NCBI GenBank assembly: GCA_963724295.1
Contig: CAVRUC010000003.1
Location: 1-64,000, forward strand
Source: an uncultured Chloroflexia bacterium
Lineage (GTDB): Bacteria > Chloroflexota > Chloroflexia > Thermomicrobiales > UBA6265
Direction: 5' to 3'
Length of the DNA stretch: 64,000 nucleotides
The position numbers and the translations under genes were made by a program. Shown piece by piece: positions 58,043-64,000 of the stretch (its first letter is position 1; the number at the start of each line of letters is the position of its first letter). Below the pieces are notes generated by a model. The model was given only the letters and a program-made list of their open reading frames with translations. It was not told the origin of the DNA and did not search any database.

Positions 58043-58450
58043 CGTCGCCAGGAGACCCCCTGACCGCTCATCCCGATTTCCTGGTGTCGCATGCCGAACG
58101 GGACCATCGGTTCCTCCCAAACAGCTGCCAGCGCTCTATCGTTGTCGTGACGATGCCGCAGCCGGGACAGAACCGACTGGTCGCTCAGCCTACCGGTCTC
58201 CGTCCCGATCGCCAGGAGGTCGCAGTCGATGCGCGTGAGCCGCCGCACTCGTCCGTCGCAGGTTGGTTGCGGATCAACCAGCGCCCGCAGGCGACTCTTG
58301 CACACCCAAACCCATGGCCCACAATCCAGACCCAGGCCTCCAGACCAGGTTCCACCGAGCCAGGCGACCTTGAATCATGATCGGGTTTGTTGAGGCGTGG
58401 GAAATGCCCGGCGAATTGCCTCCCCGCGGCAGGGTCGAACCCCGGAGTGG

Positions 58451-60118
58451 TCATGCCTCGACCGTGTCTGGCTCCAGGGCTCGAGGCTGGTAGCGACTCA
58501 CCCACTGCCGGTAGGCGGCGACTTCGGCGTCGAGTTTCGCGGTGTCCCAGCCAAGCGCATTACGCGCGATCTTCGCCGCGGCGACGTCCGCGCCGATTCC
58601 GGCGTCCGGTCCCAGGCCGACCATCGTCCGCCGGGCGATGACATCGGTCAAGGTGCGGGCGACTTCCTCGTGATACGCCCAGGGCACCTCCGCCGCGATC
58701 GCGCCGGTGAACGGGTCGAACACCTCTCGCAGCTCGGGCGTTGACGCTGACGCCAGCACCTCCGGCGCCCGCGCTCCGTAGACTCGCAACAGGTGCTCCA
58801 CGGTTTGCCGCGGAAGACCTGAGCTCCTGGCGAAGGAGGCGGCAAAGTCGTCCCAGCGTAGATCGGTCCGGCCTCCCGGCAGCGGCATCTCCGCGGTTCG
58901 CGAGCGGACGGCGGTCCGTCCGAGCTTCCTCATGACGAGGTCGACGCATTGCTCGGCCAGCTCGCGGTAGGTTGTCAATTTGCCGCCGACAATCGAGATC
59001 AGGCCTCGCGCCCCGCCGGATGCCTCAAGTTCGTGGTCATGCATGATGTGACGGCGCGTGATATCACTTTCGGATTCATCCAGGGTATACGGCAACGGCC
59101 GCACACCGGCGTAGGTGTAGCGAACGGACTCCCGCGTTAGCCTGGCGGACGGGATAACCCGGTTGGTCTCGGCCAGAAGAAGATCGATCTCCCACTCCTC
59201 GGCCATGACCTTGTCGAGGTCTCCGTCGTAGCGAATATCGGTCGTGCCAATCAGGTAGAGGTCGTTCCAGGGGATGATGAAGAATGGCCGCCCGTCCTGT
59301 CGCGCTTCGGCGTAGAGCGCGTCTCTCGGCGCGCCGGGGAAGGGATCGACGATGATGTGGCTTCCCTTGCTACCCCCAATCAGGCGTGGCTGTTGGCCCG
59401 GAGTACTGCCGTTAAGCACCTCGTCGACCCAGGGTCCGGCGACGTTGACGACCACCGGCGCCGCGTACTGGAACAGCTCCCCGGTCAGGACATCAGTCCC
59501 CGCCAGGCCGGCGACACGTCCATCCTGGCGGAGGATGTCACGAACCCGGTGGTAGGTGCGGACCTCGGCTCCCTGCATGCGCGCATCGATCACGTTCTCG
59601 AGGGCAAGCCGTTCCGCGTACTCCACCTGCGCATCGTGGTAGAGCGCAGCGCCGAGCAATCCGGACTCAGCAAGAGCCGGCGCCCGCCCGAGAGCCGCGG
59701 CGCGGTCGAGCATGCGGTGACCCGGTAGCGATTTGCCGCGCGCCAAGACGTCATAGGCCACCATTCCGGCGCGGATCAACCACCGGCCGCGCTGGTCACC
59801 GCAATAGATTGGCAGCAGGAGTGGCAGCGGCCGCACGAGGTGCGGCGCGATACGCAGCAGGCGCTCGCGCTCCCGCAACGACTCGCGAACCAGTCCGATC
59901 TCGCCATGCTCCAGGTAGCGCAGTCCGCCGTGAATCAGCCGCGTCGACCACGACGTCGTCCCGCCGGCGACGTCGCCCTTGTCGAGGATCAGCACTCGCA
60001 GCCCACGTAGAGCGGCATCGCGGGCGATCCCCGCGCCGTTGATCCCGGCGCCGATGACAATGAGGTCAAATCGATCCGAGGGCCGATCCCCGTCAGGCGA
60101 GAGCGAGCTTCCCGTCAC
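58451..60118 (-). CDS. glpD: FAD-dependent glycerol-3-phosphate dehydrogenase
   Basis: IGAGINGAGIARDAALRG, GTTSWSTRLIHGGLRYLE, GVRPL, GGKLTTYR. Confidence 0.92.
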   Translation of the reverse strand: MTGSSLSPDGDRPSDRFDLIVIGAGINGAGIARDAALRGLRVLILDKGDVAGGTTSWSTRLIHGGLRYLEHGEIGLVRESLRERERLLRIAPHLVRPLPLLLPIYCGDQRGRWLIRAGMVAYDVLARGKSLPGHRMLDRAAALGRAPALAESGLLGAALYHDAQVEYAERLALENVIDARMQGAEVRTYHRVRDILRQDGRVAGLAGTDVLTGELFQYAAPVVVNVAGPWVDEVLNGSTPGQQPRLIGGSKGSHIIVDPFPGAPRDALYAEARQDGRPFFIIPWNDLYLIGTTDIRYDGDLDKVMAEEWEIDLLLAETNRVIPSARLTRESVRYTYAGVRPLPYTLDESESDITRRHIMHDHELEASGGARGLISIVGGKLTTYRELAEQCVDLVMRKLGRTAVRSRTAEMPLPGGRTDLRWDDFAASFARSSGLPRQTVEHLLRVYGARAPEVLASASTPELREVFDPFTGAIAAEVPWAYHEEVARTLTDVIARRTMVGLGPDAGIGADVAAAKIARNALGWDTAKLDAEVAAYRQWVSRYQPRALEPDTVEA

Positions 60119-60154
60119 GACCGCAGCTCGCGGCTTGGTCCTGCCACGTGTGAT

Positions 60155-61189
60155 TCACTCCTCGCCCGTTTCCTCGACTCCGTCGACGTCGTACGGCGGG
60201 AAGCGGAAGGTCATGCCACGGTCCAGAAGACCGCCGAACCCAAGACCGGCCAGTGTGTCGGCCTCCACCCGCTCTCCCGTCATGATCCAGGGCAGCACGA
60301 CGTCGGCTATCGTCGCTTTCGAGAACATCGAGCACGACGCCAGATTGAAGATCGGCAACCTGTCCCGGTAGGCCAGCCAGAACATGCTTCCCGGGTGTGC
60401 GGGAGCCCCGAAACGGACGATCTCCGCGCCGGCGACGTCGAGTGCGCGCAGTGTGGGATCGAGAGGATCGATCGTGTTTCCACCGGCGGCCAGCACCAGA
60501 TCGACCCCTTCCCCCTCGAGGCGCTCGATCTCGGCAGCGATGAGCTCGGCATCCCGTGGCAAGTCGCTGAACCCGATGACGGAGCCTCCGTACCAACCGA
60601 TCTTCTGCTCGACTGATGCGTGGAACTTGTCTCGTACCCGCCAGTCCGGACCCTCCGTGCTGATCACTCCCACTCGCAGCGGCTGGAACGGCACGACCTG
60701 CACCACCGCGCACTCCGCGGCGATTGCCTCGGCCTCGAGCAGCGTCGCTTCCGCCACCGCCACCGGAGTCACTTTGACCCCGGTGACGATCTTGCCGGGG
60801 ACGACCGGGATCCTGTCCTCGAGCGTAAAGATGGCCACCCCGGGCAAGCGGTTGAGTCGCAACAACGCAGCGGCATCGACGCGTAGCAGACCCTTCGTGC
60901 TCGCTACGAGGTTGTAGCGACTGAACGACGGGCCGCGGATCGTGAGACCCGGTCCGGCGACGGCCGACGCCAGGCGCGCGCCGGCCTCATCCTCGTGCAC
61001 GTCACCAGATTCGAGAACGACGGCGTGGACCGCACGGTCGAGTTCGGCGAGCAACGGCACATCGTCTCCGCTCACCCGGTGTCCCTTGCGGATGCGCTTG
61101 TCGCCGATCCTGACATCCTCGGTGATGACCAGGCTGGATGTCTCAGGATCGGGCACCAGATGACCGGGTTGAATCGTGATCGCGCGCAC
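60155..61189 (-). CDS. Molybdopterin-binding (MoeA/MogA-like) domain protein
   Basis: IRKGH, GDVHEDEA, DPLDP, GAPAHPGSMFWLA, ADVVLP, GFGGLL. Confidence 0.75.
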   Translation of the reverse strand: MRAITIQPGHLVPDPETSSLVITEDVRIGDKRIRKGHRVSGDDVPLLAELDRAVHAVVLESGDVHEDEAGARLASAVAGPGLTIRGPSFSRYNLVASTKGLLRVDAAALLRLNRLPGVAIFTLEDRIPVVPGKIVTGVKVTPVAVAEATLLEAEAIAAECAVVQVVPFQPLRVGVISTEGPDWRVRDKFHASVEQKIGWYGGSVIGFSDLPRDAELIAAEIERLEGEGVDLVLAAGGNTIDPLDPTLRALDVAGAEIVRFGAPAHPGSMFWLAYRDRLPIFNLASCSMFSKATIADVVLPWIMTGERVEADTLAGLGFGGLLDRGMTFRFPPYDVDGVEETGEE

Positions 61190-61215
61190 CGGATCTGTCT
61201 CTCCTACTCAAGGTT

Positions 61216-61842
61216 CTAACCGACGAGCCGCCGCACTTCATCAGCCAGTGCTTCGCCGAGCTTGCGATGTTCATCCGCATCGAAATGGATGCCGTCTTTC
61301 TCGCTGGAGACGATCACCGACCCGGCGTCGAAAAACGGCAGATGAAGCCATCCCGCGGCCAACCGGTAGTAGTGCGAGAACTGCCGCGATTTTTCACGCG
61401 CTCCGTCAAACATCTGATCGAACTCGGTCAAGGTGGTTACCGCCGGTGGCGCAACGAGAAGGACCTCGGCGTGTGACCCATCGGGCCCGTGCGCGAACCG
61501 CCACGCCATGGCGGCCAGCGCGGCCGCGCTCTGGGCGATGTCCGACGCGCTGAGATCGAACCGGCGTTTGAGGTCGTTCGTTCCCAGCATGATGACGATC
61601 AGGTCCAGTGGTTGGTGTGAGTCGATGCACGGACGCAAGGAGGCCAAGCCGTTGCGGCCGAGCTCGATCGGATCGTCCCAGCGCGTCGTACGGCCGTTGA
61701 GCCCCTCCTCGACGACGCGATACTCCCCACCCAGCCGGGCCGCCAGGACACCGGTCCACCGCACGTGCGGTGGATACCGCGCCCTGGTCGCCGGGTCGTA
61801 CCCCCACGTATTCGAGTCGCCGTAGCAGAGCACCGTCTTCAT
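61216..61842 (-). CDS. SGNH/GDSL hydrolase (aryl esterase/acyltransferase-like)
   Basis: LCYGDSNTWG, EEGLNGRTT, MLGTND, DGIH. Confidence 0.92.
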   Translation of the reverse strand: MKTVLCYGDSNTWGYDPATRARYPPHVRWTGVLAARLGGEYRVVEEGLNGRTTRWDDPIELGRNGLASLRPCIDSHQPLDLIVIMLGTNDLKRRFDLSASDIAQSAAALAAMAWRFAHGPDGSHAEVLLVAPPAVTTLTEFDQMFDGAREKSRQFSHYYRLAAGWLHLPFFDAGSVIVSSEKDGIHFDADEHRKLGEALADEVRRLVG

Positions 61843-61882
61843 GCGCCCTCGTTCTGACACGTGTTTGCGCTCGGTGAAAGCG

Positions 61883-63266
61883 CTACAGGTCTCCTGGGCG
61901 CTCGGCCAGCGGAACCTCGACGCGCATCGAGTTGAACCCCCGTTGCACCGTCAGTTGAACCGTATCCCCAGGCCTGTATTGGAACAGCGCTCCGACCATT
62001 GACTGCCGCTCGCCGACCCGCTCCAGCTCGATCGCGGTCACGATGTCGCCGACTTGCAGCCCCGCCGCGTCCGATGGGCTGCCCGGGACAACCCCCTGCA
62101 CGTAGAACCCCTCTGCCACCGGAAGCGCCCACTGGGCGATGATCGTGTCGTTCAGCGGTAGAAGTTCCAGACCGAGGTAGGGATAGTCGACCGCTCCTTC
62201 AGCGATCAGCTCCTCGGCCACACGCGTCACGGTTTGCGCCGGCACCGCAAAGAAAAGTCCCTGCGCGTCTACGATACCGAGGGTGTTGATGCCCACGACT
62301 TCGCCGGCCAGCGTGACCAGCGGTCCGCCGGAATTGCCCGGGATTGATGGCCGCATCGTGCTGGATCAAGTTCAACAGCTCCGGACCGCCGGTATCGTCG
62401 GGGACCGTCCTGCCGAGCGCTGAGACGATGCCTTCGGTGACGGTGTTCGTGAAGGTCCCCAGCGGAGAACCGATGGCCAGCACGGACTGTCCGGGAAGGA
62501 GACTGTCCGAATCGCCAATGCGCGCCACGGCAGGCACCGGCGGATCGACTTTCAGGACCGCCACGTCGCTATTCGCATCCGCGCCGATGAGCGTGGCGGG
62601 CAACTCCCGGCCATCCTCGAGAACGACGAGAAACTCGACCCCGCCCTCTACGACGTGCTGGTTGGTGACCACGTGCCCATCGTCGTCGAGAATGAAGCCG
62701 CTCCCGGAGCCCGTGGGTGCCGCGTCCGTCTCGCCCTCGGCGATCTGCTCGTTGATGACGGTCACCACGGCGGGTCCGATCTGCTCGACCACTTGGGTTG
62801 GCGTCAACTCGGCCGATGCCACGACGGCAGTTTTAGGTTCAGGCAACGCTTTTGGCGGAGGCGGCATCGACTCCGCGGGCGGTACGATAGACGGTTCCCC
62901 GGTGCAGAGAGCGTAGGCAATGAGTGGTCCGGCGTCGCCGGCGATGGTGTTCGGCACCGCGGTCCAGCCGAACTGAACCATATTGCCATTACGGTCGAGC
63001 CGGACCGTCGGGCGAGAGGAGGACACGAACACCACCGGCGGCTCTGCCGGCGCCTCCTCGGTTGTGGTCTCGGGAGGAGCAGGCGGCTCCACCCCTTGCA
63101 GCTCGTATCCGCCGCTGAGCAACGCCTGCCCCGGCTCGCACCAGGCCGTCATCGGTCCTGTGGACAGCGATTGCCCGAAGGCCGCTCCCTCCTGCGCCAG
63201 CGCGGGAGTGACCGTAAGCGCCGGCACCATCACTACGCCGGCGAGGAGTCGATTCACGAAACGCAT
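61883..63266 (-). CDS. HtrA/DegP-like serine protease with PDZ domain and an extra N-terminal domain; frameshift at ~62338
   Basis: GSGSGF, VTNQHVV, DVAVLK, AIGSPLG, DAAINP|GNSGGPL, PDZ domain. Confidence 0.88.
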
Positions 63267-63442
63267 CCAGTTTCCTCCGCAAGGATCCAAATCGCGGGCC
63301 GCTCTAAAGGATGCACTGTCAGGACACGTTCGTGCTGCTCGCTGTTGGCGAAGGACCCGACCAGCCCGCGGTACGAATGGCCGGATCGACCATGCTCGCA
63401 TCTATTTCGAAGTCAGCGCTCGCCCCGAAGGAGCCATGAAGC

Positions 63443-63473
63443 ACGGAGGCCGGGTAAGAAACCCGGCCTCCGT
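63443..63473 (-). terminator. Terminator hairpin downstream of clpX
   Basis: ACGGAGGCCGGGT-AAGAA-ACCCGGCCTCCGT. Confidence 0.8.
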
Positions 63474-63500
63474 CTCACTGTTACCCTGCGGCGCCTGAAA

Positions 63501-64000
<500 letters not shown>

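Noticed and set aside
62330..62345. Programmed ribosomal frameshift in htrA and the other split genes
   Set aside because: No canonical slippery heptamer or stimulatory structure seen; the break falls in the catalytic GNSGG context, consistent with a sequencing indel.

Overview
High-GC bacterial chromosomal window. Gene content suggests a soil Chloroflexota, probably Thermomicrobiales-like (inference from split CofE/nitroreductase F420 genes, many Tat-exported solute-binding proteins and 'ATPV'-rich secreted proteins). In order it holds: a sugar ABC/enolase/SDR/M20 catabolic cluster; an F420 cluster (PPOX, cofD, cofC, cofE, LLM oxidoreductase) directly followed by an FMN-class riboswitch controlling a Dpp/Opp-type transporter and a PPOX-FbiB-C-type nitroreductase fusion; gntK, metH and two tandem zinc peptidases; an HxlR/YceI/Mhq-like quinone-detox cluster; a ~7.8 kb two-layer island in tRNA-Leu(TAG) carrying a divergent threonine-synthase-like enzyme, an SDR and a CUT1 ABC transporter; ask-asd behind an unannotated leaderless Thr/Ile leader-peptide attenuator; MarR-MFS; alaS, a baseplate-J-like membrane protein, ruvX and darA; a catalytically degenerate Xer-like recombinase; ADP-ribosylglycohydrolase, glpD, htrA and the 3' end of clpX. 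At least six single-base frameshifts in otherwise intact genes look like sequencing indels. The top candidate novel system is a riboswitch-regulated flavin/deazaflavin (Fo) uptake and maturation module attached to an F420 pathway that lacks Fo synthase in this window. All family calls are by motif recognition; no database searches were run.
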